Assembly: GCA_904420245.1 (NCBI GenBank)
Contig: CAJFUL010000038.1
Span: 10,196-74,195, forward strand
DNA: 64,000 bases
Direction: 5' to 3'
DNA from: Candidatus Paralachnospira avium
GTDB lineage: Bacteria; Bacillota; Clostridia; Lachnospirales; Lachnospiraceae
This document shows, piece by piece, positions 17,717-27,302 of the stretch (positions are counted from its first letter, which is position 1; every line of letters starts with the position of its first letter). The notes below the pieces were generated by a model, which did not search any database, was not told where the DNA came from, and saw only the letters and a program-made list of their open reading frames with translations. A program made the translations under genes and the position numbers.

Positions 17717-19314
17717 CCATGAAGCTGAAAGTACTGATCGTGGATGATGAGATTTATATTTGCAGGCTGGTCCAGTCTTTGATCCGGTGGGAAGATCTGG
17801 ACCTGACCTGTCTGGCTCTGTGTCAGTCGGCGGATGAAGCGCTGGTGGCCATTGAATATCAGATGCCTCATATCGTGATCACGGACATCCGTCTGGGAGA
17901 AGGGGAAGAAAAAGATGGTCTGGCGCTGGTGAAGCTGCTGGCGGAAAAATATCCGGATATACGCTGTATTCTGATCAGCGGCTATCAGCGGTTTGAATAT
18001 GCCCAGATGGCAGTCAAGTGGGGAGTAAAGGATTATCTTTTAAAACCCATCAGCCGGGAGGAGCTGAACAGCTGTCTGGAATCGGTGGCCAGGGACATTC
18101 GTTCTCATATGCTCCAGATCGAGGAACTCCCTCCCAATAAGAGCGCGCGGGAATATTTTCTTTTGAAGCTGGCTTATAAAAATCTGGATTTTATCACATA
18201 TGGCATAGGGGAAGTCAATGAAAAATTTGCGTACCATTTTTCGGCTTCCTGCTTTTGCCTGGGGATCATAAAGCTGGATGACTCTCATCACCTCTGCGAG
18301 AATCTGGAATCTTTCGGTGGAAAGATCAAAAACCTGTTTAAGCAGGTATTTGGGGAACTGTGCAGTGATCTGGAAATGGTGCTGGAGGATACGAAAGCCG
18401 AGAGATTTGTATTTCTGGTGAATTATTCTCCGGCTGTTCGGGAACGGATCCGAAGCAGGATCGTCAAGTTCCGGGAAGTCCTTTCTTCTAGGCTCCGCAG
18501 TTATCCCGGCATCCATGTGACGGCTGTTGTGGGCCAGGAGGCGGCTTCCGTGGCGGGACTGGTGTCTTCCTATGGACTGTGTATGGAGTGGGAGGCAGGC
18601 AGAGTCGTCCTGGGAACGGATCAGGTCCTGGAAGCGGACCATGGATTGATGGATGAGAAGATCAGCCTGGATCCGGACCGCTACCATTTGTCTCACTATA
18701 TGGATCTGTTGGATATGGAGGGGATCCGGGAAGCATGCGAGTCTGTCATACAGGATGCGGTCCCTCAGTTTGCGAGAAGTCCCCATAAAACGGCAGACTG
18801 GTTCCGGGAGTTTTTTGCTTTTTTTATCCGGGGTATGGGACGGCTACATCTGGATTTTGACGGAAGGGAGCCGGAGGAATACAGATATATTCGGGAACTG
18901 CGTCATTTTCCGTCGGTACAGGTCCTTAAAGAACAGTTTCTGAGTTCTGTGGAGGAGATTGTTTTGGAGTATACGCAGAATAAACAGAAACCCAAGAGCA
19001 GTATGATCCAGGAGATCGATAGGTATATCTATGAACATTATGATTCCAAAATATCTCTGGAGACCATCGCCGGGGCAGTTCATTTAAGCAGCGCCTATCT
19101 GGGGATCCTCTATAAAAAAGAGACCAATCAGAATCTAAGCGATGCTATAGCCAGGGTACGGATTGAAAAGGCCAAGGAAAAACTCTCCCAGACCGACGAC
19201 AGCATCACGGAGATCGCCATATCGGTGGGATATAGAGACATTAAAAGCTTTCGGAAACAGTTTTTGAAGAATGTGGGGGTCACACCGTCGGAATACCGGG
19301 AATTTCACCGATAG
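17713..19314 (+). CDS. YesN-type response regulator (REC + AraC HTH)
   Basis: VLIVDDE, ITDIR, SGY, YLLKP; C-terminal AraC SITEIAISVGY...F.K.VGVTPSEYR. Confidence 0.93.
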   Translation: MTMKLKVLIVDDEIYICRLVQSLIRWEDLDLTCLALCQSADEALVAIEYQMPHIVITDIRLGEGEEKDGLALVKLLAEKYPDIRCILISGYQRFEYAQMAVKWGVKDYLLKPISREELNSCLESVARDIRSHMLQIEELPPNKSAREYFLLKLAYKNLDFITYGIGEVNEKFAYHFSASCFCLGIIKLDDSHHLCENLESFGGKIKNLFKQVFGELCSDLEMVLEDTKAERFVFLVNYSPAVRERIRSRIVKFREVLSSRLRSYPGIHVTAVVGQEAASVAGLVSSYGLCMEWEAGRVVLGTDQVLEADHGLMDEKISLDPDRYHLSHYMDLLDMEGIREACESVIQDAVPQFARSPHKTADWFREFFAFFIRGMGRLHLDFDGREPEEYRYIRELRHFPSVQVLKEQFLSSVEEIVLEYTQNKQKPKSSMIQEIDRYIYEHYDSKISLETIAGAVHLSSAYLGILYKKETNQNLSDAIARVRIEKAKEKLSQTDDSITEIAISVGYRDIKSFRKQFLKNVGVTPSEYREFHR

Positions 19315-19328
19315 ACAGGGGGTGCCTG

Positions 19329-20333
19329 ATGGACAGAAAAAAAATAAGGCTATTCTGTGTGTGGTTCTATGGAGCGGTTCTGCTGTTTTTGTTTATTTTG
19401 TCTCTCAGAAAGCCGGAATTTGCGTTGGCGGCAGTTGCCGTGGAGACTGCCTGTGCCGTTCTTTCGATCATTTATATATGGGAGGCGGCAAAGGTAGCTT
19501 TGGATTTTCTGGAGAAGCATCATTACATTCCCGAGGAGAAAAGAAAGTATTTCCGGTTCCGCGCTTCAGCTGCCATGTGGGAACTTTTGGAATTTGTAGA
19601 TGAGAATTCCAAAAAGCAGGTCCGATATTCTCTGCTGCAGAAACAGGCGGAGCTGGCGGCCATGCAGAGTCAGATCGGCCCCCATTTTCTTTATAATACG
19701 CTGGAGTCCATACGGGGACTGGCTTTGGAAGAGCAGGCTCTGCAGACCACCTCCGTGATCGAAGCCCTTTCCTCCATGCTCCGTTACAGCGTCAGTCAGA
19801 ACGGAAATTTTTCTACCGTACAAAAGGAGCTGGACAATCTGAAGGATTATACCAACATCCTGAAATACCGGCTGAAGATGCCTTTTTCCGTGGAGTTGGA
19901 CCGAAGCCTGGATGATGCGGCGGTTTTGTCCTATATCATCCCGAAACTGGTGTTTCAGCCCATTGTGGAAAATGCCGTCAGCCATGGATTTGAAGGCAGC
20001 GGCAAGGACAACCGGATCTGGATCTCGGCCTGCTGCACCAATGTCCATCTGATCATTTCCATCCGGGACAATGGTATGGGAATGGATGAGGAAGATCTGA
20101 TCGCCTGCAACAGGAGGCTTATGGAATCTCCGGAACAGATCCAGAATTATCAGGTGGACCATGGGGAAAAGTCGGTGGGACTTGTCAATATCAATCAGCG
20201 GATCAAGCTGATGTTCGGCCAGCAGTATGGGATCAATGTATACAGCATAAAAAATATCGGCACAGAGGTCCGGATCCTGCTTCCGGCTCTGCCGTCGGAA
20301 GAATCTTTGAGATTTTACGGAGATCTGCCATGA
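19329..20333 (+). CDS. YesM/LytS-type histidine kinase without an extracellular sensor domain
   Basis: QSQIGPHFLYNTLE, QPIVENA, DNGMGM, GLVNI; two closely spaced N-terminal TM helices. Confidence 0.9.
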   Translation: MDRKKIRLFCVWFYGAVLLFLFILSLRKPEFALAAVAVETACAVLSIIYIWEAAKVALDFLEKHHYIPEEKRKYFRFRASAAMWELLEFVDENSKKQVRYSLLQKQAELAAMQSQIGPHFLYNTLESIRGLALEEQALQTTSVIEALSSMLRYSVSQNGNFSTVQKELDNLKDYTNILKYRLKMPFSVELDRSLDDAAVLSYIIPKLVFQPIVENAVSHGFEGSGKDNRIWISACCTNVHLIISIRDNGMGMDEEDLIACNRRLMESPEQIQNYQVDHGEKSVGLVNINQRIKLMFGQQYGINVYSIKNIGTEVRILLPALPSEESLRFYGDLP

Positions 20334-21784
20334 ACAACATCTTGCAGGAAGCCCTCAGGATCCAGCATCTTGGCTTTGCCGGGAAGGCCGGGAATTTTTA
20401 CAACATCAATCTGGAGGCCTATACCGGAGAAATGCATGGGCTCATGATGCCCAATACTCAGTTTAGAAGTCCTTTTCTGGATCTGCTGAAGGGATATACG
20501 GTGCCGGATGAGGGAGAGATCTATGTGGACAATGTGCGGGTGGAAGGAGCGGCCAGGAGACGGCTTTTAAATCAGTCTGTCTATACCATCGAACTAAAAT
20601 CCAGCCTGATCGATTCTCTTTCCCTGGCAGAAAATCTGTTTTTGGTAGATCACAAGCAGCCGCTGTTTTTGCCGGAAAGGAAGGGGAATATCTATAAAAG
20701 CGCGGAGAAGATCTTTCATCTCTTTGGATTGGAGGAGCCTTTTGTCTCTTACCGCTATCCGCGTCAGCTCACACCGGCGCAGAAAACCATCATGGAACTT
20801 TTGCGGGCATATGTCCGGGAACCTAAAGTGATCTATATGGAGAATGTCACGGCCGTATATTCCAGAGAGGAGATGGAGGTGTGGAGGAGGATCTTAAAAC
20901 AGCTGGTCAGAGCGGAAAAGTCAGCCGTTCTGCTGGCATTCGGAGAGATTTTTCCGGATTTTGGGGATCTTTTGGACCGGCTCACCGTGATCCGTTCCGG
21001 CACCACCGTCATGCAGTTTTCAGAAAAGCCTTTTTTGATCCTGAGCCAGCCCGGAACGGCAGAGCAATCGGAAGAAACTCTGCGTGTGAGGGCTCTGCCG
21101 GGAGAAGGAAGCCTGGTGTTGTCCCATGTATCCAACGGATCCAGGCTGAGGAACATAAGTTTCTGTATAGGGCACGGAGAGACGGTGGGAATCTTCAGCC
21201 CCAATGTATTTGAAGGGCAGGAGCTGATGGATCTATTGCTCTCCAAAACCTTCTGTACGGGATCTGTAAAAACAAGGGGAAAGACGTACCATCTTCTGAG
21301 ACAGAAGATGCCGAAGCTCCGGGCGGGCAGTATTCCCTATGGAATGGATATGCTGTTTTACAACCGTTCGCTGTTTCAGAATGTAATCCTGCGTATGCCG
21401 GAGAAGATCCGGAAAGCGGGGATCCGGGCCAGGAAGCGGATCGTGAATTTTTCTTACAGCAATGTGATGAAGACCATACATGGAAGAGATTTGCTGGAGG
21501 AATATGGGAAACTGGAAAGACTTCCTGAGGGAAGGGTGACGAAAGAACAGAGCATCCGGATCCAGGCTGCCAAATGGCTGTTTGCGCAGATGGAGTTTAT
21601 CCTGATGTTTTCTCCGGAGAGCTGCTATGACACCAGAAATCTCCATAGGCTTCTCCAGCTTTTGGAGGATATACACAGCCAGGGTGTTTCTGTTGTGATC
21701 TTTTCGGAGAATCTGGATTTTTTAAAAAGGTGCAGTTCCCGGATCCTGGAGGTCCAGGACGGGATTATGTGGGAATATATATAA
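20330..21784 (+). CDS. degenerate (catalytically dead) RbsA-like ABC ATPase
   Basis: Collinear with 12436..13965 over both NBDs (GEIY, AENLFL, DRLTVIRSG, NISF, AKWL), but Walker A reads MPNTQFRS, Walker B reads YMENVT and there is no LSGG. Confidence 0.8.
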   Translation: MNNILQEALRIQHLGFAGKAGNFYNINLEAYTGEMHGLMMPNTQFRSPFLDLLKGYTVPDEGEIYVDNVRVEGAARRRLLNQSVYTIELKSSLIDSLSLAENLFLVDHKQPLFLPERKGNIYKSAEKIFHLFGLEEPFVSYRYPRQLTPAQKTIMELLRAYVREPKVIYMENVTAVYSREEMEVWRRILKQLVRAEKSAVLLAFGEIFPDFGDLLDRLTVIRSGTTVMQFSEKPFLILSQPGTAEQSEETLRVRALPGEGSLVLSHVSNGSRLRNISFCIGHGETVGIFSPNVFEGQELMDLLLSKTFCTGSVKTRGKTYHLLRQKMPKLRAGSIPYGMDMLFYNRSLFQNVILRMPEKIRKAGIRARKRIVNFSYSNVMKTIHGRDLLEEYGKLERLPEGRVTKEQSIRIQAAKWLFAQMEFILMFSPESCYDTRNLHRLLQLLEDIHSQGVSVVIFSENLDFLKRCSSRILEVQDGIMWEYI

Positions 21785-21797
21785 GGAGGAAAAAAGA

Positions 21798-23198
21798 ATG
21801 GCAAAGGTGAAACTTGGGTTTGCGCCCACCAGGCGCAATATTTTCAGCGCTCCGGATGCCAGAAGGTACCGGGAACTGACGGCCGCCAGGCTGAGGGAGC
21901 TGGAGATCGATTTTGTGGATATTACAGACATCAATGAAGAGGGGCTTCTGTACCGGGATGAGGACATGCACCGTATCGCGGAAAAGTTCAAAAGAGAAAA
22001 GGTGGACGGGATCTTCTTTCCTCACTGCAACTTTGGTACGGAGTATGAATGTGCCCGGCTGGCGAAGGAATTAAATGTACCGGTACTTTTGTGGGGGCCT
22101 CTGGATGAGAGGCCGGATGAGAACGGAGTCCGGCTCCGGGATACCCAATGCGGCCTTTTTGCCACGGGAAAAGTGCTGAGACGGTTTCGGATCCCTTTTA
22201 CATATATGACTAACTGCCGTCTGGAAGATCCTGTATTTGAACGGGGGATCCGGGATTTTCTGGCGGTCTGCAATGTAGTTAAAGTGTTTCGCGGGATCCG
22301 GATCCTTCAGATTTCCACCAGGCCCTTTGATTTCTGGTCCACCATGTGCAATGAAGGGGAACTTTTGGAAAAATTCAATATCCAGCTGGCGCCAATCCCG
22401 ATGCCGGAACTGACAGAGGAGGTCAGAAAGGTCCGGGAAGAGAGAGAAGAGATGCGGCAGGTGGCAGATTATTGCCGCAGCCATATGAAAGTGGAGATCA
22501 AGGATGGGGAGCTTATGCAGGTGGCGGCACTCAAAGTGGCACTGGAACGTCTGATCCGCAGATACGGCTGTCAGGCGGCGGCCATACAGTGCTGGAATCA
22601 GTTGCAGGGAGAGTTGGGGATCATGCCCTGCGCGGCCAATGCCCTTCTCAATGACGAAGGGATACCTGTAGTATGCGAGACCGATATCCACGGGGCGGTT
22701 ACGGCCCTTCTCACAGAGGCAGCGGCCATGGGGGAGACCAGGAGCTTTTTTGCGGATTGGACGGTGCGTCATCCGGATATAGAAAACGGAGAGCTTTTGC
22801 AGCACTGCGGTCCCTGGCCGCTGTCTGTGGCGGCGGAGCCGGTGCGGCTTACTTATCCTCTGGCTTTTGAAAATCCCGGGAGTCTTTCCGCTGAGGCCAG
22901 GCACGGAGACATTTCCCTGGTCCGGTTCGACGGAGATAACGGGGAGTATTCTCTGCTGCTGGGTCACGCAAAAGGAGTGGACGGGCCCTGGACCAAGGGA
23001 ACTTATCTCTGGATCCAGGTGGAGAACATCAAACGGCTGGAAGCCAAATTGGTGGAGGGCCCTTATATCCATCACTGTGTCGGGATCCACAGAGATGTGG
23101 TACCTGTCCTGTACGAGGCGTGCAAATATATGGGGATCCGGCCCGATCTGTACGATCCGGAAGAGGAACGGATCCAGGCGTATCTGAGAGGAGAATGA
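21798..23198 (+). CDS. L-fucose/L-arabinose isomerase family protein
   Basis: HCNFGTE, CETDIHGA, FFADW, GPYIHH; paralogue of 30367..31797. Confidence 0.9.
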   Translation: MAKVKLGFAPTRRNIFSAPDARRYRELTAARLRELEIDFVDITDINEEGLLYRDEDMHRIAEKFKREKVDGIFFPHCNFGTEYECARLAKELNVPVLLWGPLDERPDENGVRLRDTQCGLFATGKVLRRFRIPFTYMTNCRLEDPVFERGIRDFLAVCNVVKVFRGIRILQISTRPFDFWSTMCNEGELLEKFNIQLAPIPMPELTEEVRKVREEREEMRQVADYCRSHMKVEIKDGELMQVAALKVALERLIRRYGCQAAAIQCWNQLQGELGIMPCAANALLNDEGIPVVCETDIHGAVTALLTEAAAMGETRSFFADWTVRHPDIENGELLQHCGPWPLSVAAEPVRLTYPLAFENPGSLSAEARHGDISLVRFDGDNGEYSLLLGHAKGVDGPWTKGTYLWIQVENIKRLEAKLVEGPYIHHCVGIHRDVVPVLYEACKYMGIRPDLYDPEEERIQAYLRGE

Positions 23199-23200
23199 TA

Positions 23201-24028
23201 ATGGAAAAACTGGAAGCGCTGGCATATGATCTGCGGATCAAGGTGGCAGAACTGATCGCGAAAAGCGGATGCGGACATATCGGAGGTGATATGAGTGTAA
23301 TGGAGATCCTGGTGGATCTGTATATGCGGCATATGAACATTTCACCGGAAAATCAGGCAGACCGAAGCAGAGACCGGTTTGTCCTGAGCAAGGGGCACTG
23401 CGTGGAGGCTTATTATGCGGTTCTGGCGGAAAGAGGGTTTTTCTCCTGGGAAACGGTGATGGAGACCTACAGTCGTCTCGGTTCTCCATTCATCGGACAT
23501 CCCAATAACAAGCTGCCTGGGATTGAGATGAATTCCGGTTCTCTGGGACATGGACTTCCGGTCTGCGTGGGAATGGCGCTGGCGGGAAAGCTGGATGGAG
23601 AAACATACAGGGTCTATACGGTCATGGGAGACGGAGAACTGGCAGAGGGATCCGTATGGGAGGCAGCCATGGCGGCGTCTCATTACCATCTGGATAATCT
23701 GTGCGCGGTGGTGGATCGAAACGGACTGCAGATTTCCGGTTCCACAGAAGCTGTCATGGGGCAGGAGGATCTGGCAGAACGGTTCAGGAGTTTCGGCTGG
23801 CATGTGATCTGCGTGGAAGACGGTAATGAGATCAGGCAGCTGGATGCGGCTTTTCAGGAAGCGGATGAGGTTAAAGGAAAACCCTCTCTTGTGATCGCCC
23901 GTACAGTCAAGGGAAAAGGAGCTTCTCTGATGGAAAATCGGGCAGAATGGCATCATAAGGTGCCGAACCAGGAGGAGTATGAACAGATCATCCGGGAACT
24001 TCAGGAGAGGAGGGCGAAACTGGCATGA
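23201..24028 (+). CDS. transketolase N-terminal subunit
   Basis: GHIGG, DRFVLSKGH, GSLGHG, TPP motif GDGELAEG...N; ATG 23201. Confidence 0.93.
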   Translation: MEKLEALAYDLRIKVAELIAKSGCGHIGGDMSVMEILVDLYMRHMNISPENQADRSRDRFVLSKGHCVEAYYAVLAERGFFSWETVMETYSRLGSPFIGHPNNKLPGIEMNSGSLGHGLPVCVGMALAGKLDGETYRVYTVMGDGELAEGSVWEAAMAASHYHLDNLCAVVDRNGLQISGSTEAVMGQEDLAERFRSFGWHVICVEDGNEIRQLDAAFQEADEVKGKPSLVIARTVKGKGASLMENRAEWHHKVPNQEEYEQIIRELQERRAKLA

Positions 24029-24972
24029 ATAGGATACCAAACAGAAAAGCGATATGTGATGTATTGATGGAGGAGGCGGGAAAGGACAGGGACATCCTGG
24101 TGCTTTGCAGTGATTCCAAGGGTTCGGCCTCCCTGGGACCGTTTGCGGAGAAGTATCCGGAGCAGTTTGTGGAATTGGGTATCGCAGAACAGAATTTGGT
24201 CAGCGTGGCGTCAGGGTTGGCCGCCTGCGGGAAAAAAGTCTTTGCTGCGTCTCCAGCCAGTTTTTTATCCGCCAGGAGTTATGAACAGTGCAAGATCGAC
24301 GTGGCCTATTCCCATACAAATGTAACGCTGATCGGCATCAGCGGTGGAGTCAGCTATGGAGCTCTGGGGATGAGCCATCATTCTGTCCAGGACATCGCGG
24401 CCATGGCGGGCATCCCCGGCATGAGGGTCTATCTGCCCAGCGACCGGTTTCAGTCGGCAGCGCTGATCCGGGCTCTTTTGGAGGATGAAGAGCCGGCCTA
24501 TCTGCGGATCGGGAGAAACGCGGTGGAGGATGTGTATGAGGAGGGAAACATACCGTTTCGCCTGAACCGGGCGGAAGTTTTGAAGGAAGGGAAAGACATA
24601 CTCCTGGTAAGCTGCGGGGAAATGGTCAGGCCTTCTCTGGATGCGGCTTTTCTTTTGGAGAAGAGGGGGATTTCGGCTGCGGTCATCGATATGTATTGTG
24701 TGAAGCCGATGGATCTGGAGACGCTGCTTCTGGCTGCGGAGAAAGCAGGAGCAGTCCTTACAGTAGAGGAACATTCTCTTTATGGAGGATTGGGAGCCAT
24801 GGTGAGCCAGGCCGTCAGTCTCCACTGTCCCAAGCCGGTGAGGAATCTGGCGCTTCCGGATGCGCCGGTCATCACAGGAACTTCCAAGGAGGTGTTCCGC
24901 CATTACGGGCTGGATAAGGAAGGCATCGCGGAAGCCGCAGCGGAGCTTTTGGAAAGAGGAGGAGGCTTATGA
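24025..24972 (+). CDS. transketolase C-terminal subunit
   Basis: GIAEQN, GMSHH, PAYLR, VEEH. Confidence 0.93.
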   Translation: MNRIPNRKAICDVLMEEAGKDRDILVLCSDSKGSASLGPFAEKYPEQFVELGIAEQNLVSVASGLAACGKKVFAASPASFLSARSYEQCKIDVAYSHTNVTLIGISGGVSYGALGMSHHSVQDIAAMAGIPGMRVYLPSDRFQSAALIRALLEDEEPAYLRIGRNAVEDVYEEGNIPFRLNRAEVLKEGKDILLVSCGEMVRPSLDAAFLLEKRGISAAVIDMYCVKPMDLETLLLAAEKAGAVLTVEEHSLYGGLGAMVSQAVSLHCPKPVRNLALPDAPVITGTSKEVFRHYGLDKEGIAEAAAELLERGGGL

Positions 24973-26444
24973 GATGGTATGTGGCTGCCATTGACCAGAG
25001 CACCCAGGGAACAAAAGCGTTGCTGTTTGATGAAAAGGGAGGACTGGTGGGAAGGACCGACCGTCCCCACAGGCAGATCGTAAATGAAAAGGGATGGATC
25101 TCCCATGATCTGACGGAAATATATGCCAATACCTTACAGGCTGTCCGGGACCTTGTGAAAGAGACAGGGATCGAAAGGGAGCAGATCGCCGGGCTGGGAA
25201 TCAGCAATCAGCGGGAGACTTCGGCTGTTTGGGACAGGATCACAGGGGAGCCCCTGTCCTATGCCGTGGTCTGGCAGTGCTCCCGGGCAGCCGATATTTG
25301 CAGAAAGATAGAGCTGGAGGGCTTTTCTGAGCGGATCCGGCAGAAGACGGGGCTCCCGCTGTCCCCGTATTTTCCAGCGGCAAAACTGTCGTGGCTGCTG
25401 CGTCACAGCAGAGAGATACGGGAAAAGGCAGAAAAACATGAACTGATGGCAGGAACCATGGATACCTGGCTGGTATACCGGCTTACAGGAGGAAAGGTAT
25501 TCTGTACAGATTTTTCCAACGCCTCCAGGAGCCAGCTCTTTGATCTGCGGAATCTGAAATGGGATGAAGAGCTGTGCGGGATCTTTGAAATCCCTCTGGA
25601 AAGCCTTCCGCAGGTCCGGGATTCGGATGGAGAATATGGTATGACGGATTTGGAAGGCTTTCTGCCCAAGCCGGTCCCGATCCATGGCGTTTTGGGAGAT
25701 TCCCACGGAGCGCTGCTGGCGCAGGGTTGTATGAGACCGGGAATGGTGAAAGCCACCTACGGGACAGGTTCTTCTGTGATGCTGCAGACGGGAGACCGTC
25801 CGGCAGACGGCGGAGCCGGCCTGTCTTCCTCCATTGGATGGAAAGTGAGAGGAAAGCTTTCTTATGTGCTGGAGGGAAATATCAATTATACGGGAGCGGT
25901 CGTAAGCTGGCTTCAGGAAAAACTTGGCCTGATCACGGATCCGTCAGAGACGGAGTTCCTGGCCAGGGCAGCGGATCAGGAAGATAAGACATATTTGGTA
26001 CCGGCGTTTACCGGCCTAGGAGCGCCTTATTGGGACAGCAATGCCAGAGCCTCCCTTTGGGGGATGGGAAGGATGACAGGAAGAGAAGAGATCGTAAAAG
26101 CGGCTCTGGAATCCATTGCTTATCAGATCGCGGATGTGCTTGGAGCCATGGAGCGGCAGACCGGGATTGTCCCGGATCAGATCCGGGCCGACGGAGGCGC
26201 AGCCGCGAACCGGTATCTGATGCAGTTCCAGAGCAGCATCAGCAGGATTCCCGTCTGGGTCTCCAGTCTTAAGGAATTATCGGGAGCAGGCGCGGCGTAT
26301 GCTGCTGGCATGGGAATGGGGCTCTATGATGAGAGAGTTTTATACGCTGCGGAACGGGAAGAATTTCTGCCAGGCATGGAAGAAACAGAGCGGATCAGGA
26401 AATGGAAGGGCTGGAGGGAAGCTCTGAGACGTACATTGGATTAA
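24969..26444 (+). CDS. glycerol-kinase-like FGGY kinase
   Basis: IDQSTQGTK, ISNQRET, VWQCSR, TDFSNASR, KATYGTG, FTGLGAPYW, DGG; GDSH replaces the GlpK GDQQ motif. Confidence 0.88.
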   Translation: MRWYVAAIDQSTQGTKALLFDEKGGLVGRTDRPHRQIVNEKGWISHDLTEIYANTLQAVRDLVKETGIEREQIAGLGISNQRETSAVWDRITGEPLSYAVVWQCSRAADICRKIELEGFSERIRQKTGLPLSPYFPAAKLSWLLRHSREIREKAEKHELMAGTMDTWLVYRLTGGKVFCTDFSNASRSQLFDLRNLKWDEELCGIFEIPLESLPQVRDSDGEYGMTDLEGFLPKPVPIHGVLGDSHGALLAQGCMRPGMVKATYGTGSSVMLQTGDRPADGGAGLSSSIGWKVRGKLSYVLEGNINYTGAVVSWLQEKLGLITDPSETEFLARAADQEDKTYLVPAFTGLGAPYWDSNARASLWGMGRMTGREEIVKAALESIAYQIADVLGAMERQTGIVPDQIRADGGAAANRYLMQFQSSISRIPVWVSSLKELSGAGAAYAAGMGMGLYDERVLYAAEREEFLPGMEETERIRKWKGWREALRRTLD

Positions 26445-26478
26445 AAAAAAGAAGCAGTGACTCTCACTGCTTCTTTTT
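26445..26478. terminator. bidirectional terminator between convergent genes
   Basis: AAAAAGAAGCAGTGA-ctc-TCACTGCTTCTTTTT. Confidence 0.85.
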
Positions 26479-26862
26479 CCCTGTGCGTATCAGCCAGATC
26501 ACCATGCCGAACAGGGAGATGACCAAAAGGACGGTGCAGACGGTGCTGGCCCTGCTCAAAAAGTTATAATCGTTGAGAAAGGGAAGGGCGTCCACCGTGA
26601 ATCTCTGGGTCAGGCTCACGGTGCCGTCGGCAGCGGCGGTTTCCGTGAACATGGAGGTGCGCAGAGCCGAAAAGGCAAAATCCGCGGCCGCGAAGCAGCC
26701 GGAGACTGCGTACCAGATGCGTAAAGGAGTCCGGATCTGCTCCACCTGTTCATCGGACAGATTGTTGAACCGGTACATGGAGCCGTCGCCCCGGATGGCG
26801 ATATAAAACAGATAAAGCGCTATGATGAGCTGAAAAGAATCAAGGAATATACTGCTGGACAT
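26464..26862 (-). CDS. hypothetical membrane protein (about 3 TM)
   Basis: 132-aa ORF with AGGAGG RBS and three hydrophobic stretches. Confidence 0.75.
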   Translation of the reverse strand: MSSSIFLDSFQLIIALYLFYIAIRGDGSMYRFNNLSDEQVEQIRTPLRIWYAVSGCFAAADFAFSALRTSMFTETAAADGTVSLTQRFTVDALPFLNDYNFLSRASTVCTVLLVISLFGMVIWLIRTGKKKQ

Positions 26863-26980
26863 GAAAACCTCCTGATGAGAAATATGGGATAGCTCCTGGA
26901 TGATCCGATCTCGTGCGGAGCAGCTCAGACCGCGTGCCGGTCCATGGCCAGGCGGAGACTGGGCTCAGCACGAGAACTCT

Positions 26981-27035
26981 TTTTACTCTTTAGGAAACTT
27001 CGTTTCCATAGAGCAAAAGCATTCCGTGGGACCTG
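26981..27035 (+). repeat. dispersed palindromic intergenic repeat, copy A
   Basis: TTTTACTCTTTAGGAAACTTCGTTTCCATAGAGCAAAAGCATTCCGTGGGACCTG; similar to 37251 and 42971. Confidence 0.8.
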
Positions 27036-27124
27036 TCTGCGGCGGAAAGGAATCCTGCCGCTTATGCGGACGCCGCAGGGGTTCTTTGACAGTCTGGGGA
27101 TCCTGCATGGCAGGATCCTTTCTC

Positions 27125-27153
27125 ATTATAAGCTGGTTCGGGCGGGGATTCAA
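27125..27153 (-). promoter_or_regulatory. sigma-A promoter toward the 26862 gene
   Basis: Minus strand TTGAAT-17-TATAAT. Confidence 0.65.
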
Positions 27154-27232
27154 CCGTTTTTTTCAGGAAACGACAGCAAAAGGAAAAGAGAGGCATTTTT
27201 TGCCTCCCTTTTTTCTCTTATCCGCAGAAAAC

Positions 27233-27262
27233 CCATGGAGCAAAACGCGCTCCGAGGGGATC
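27233..27262 (+). repeat. degenerate partial copy of the intergenic repeat
   Basis: CCATGGAGCAAAACGCGCTCCGAGGG resembles CCATAGAGCAAAACACTCCGTGGG. Confidence 0.5.
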
Positions 27263-27302
27263 CCGCTGCGGCGGAAGATCCGCCGCGGGGATTTTAAATA
27301 TT

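Noticed and set aside
20330-21784. Calling the degenerate ATPase a pseudogene
   Set aside because: The ORF is full length, has no stops or frameshifts despite deep divergence, and is translationally coupled to the kinase
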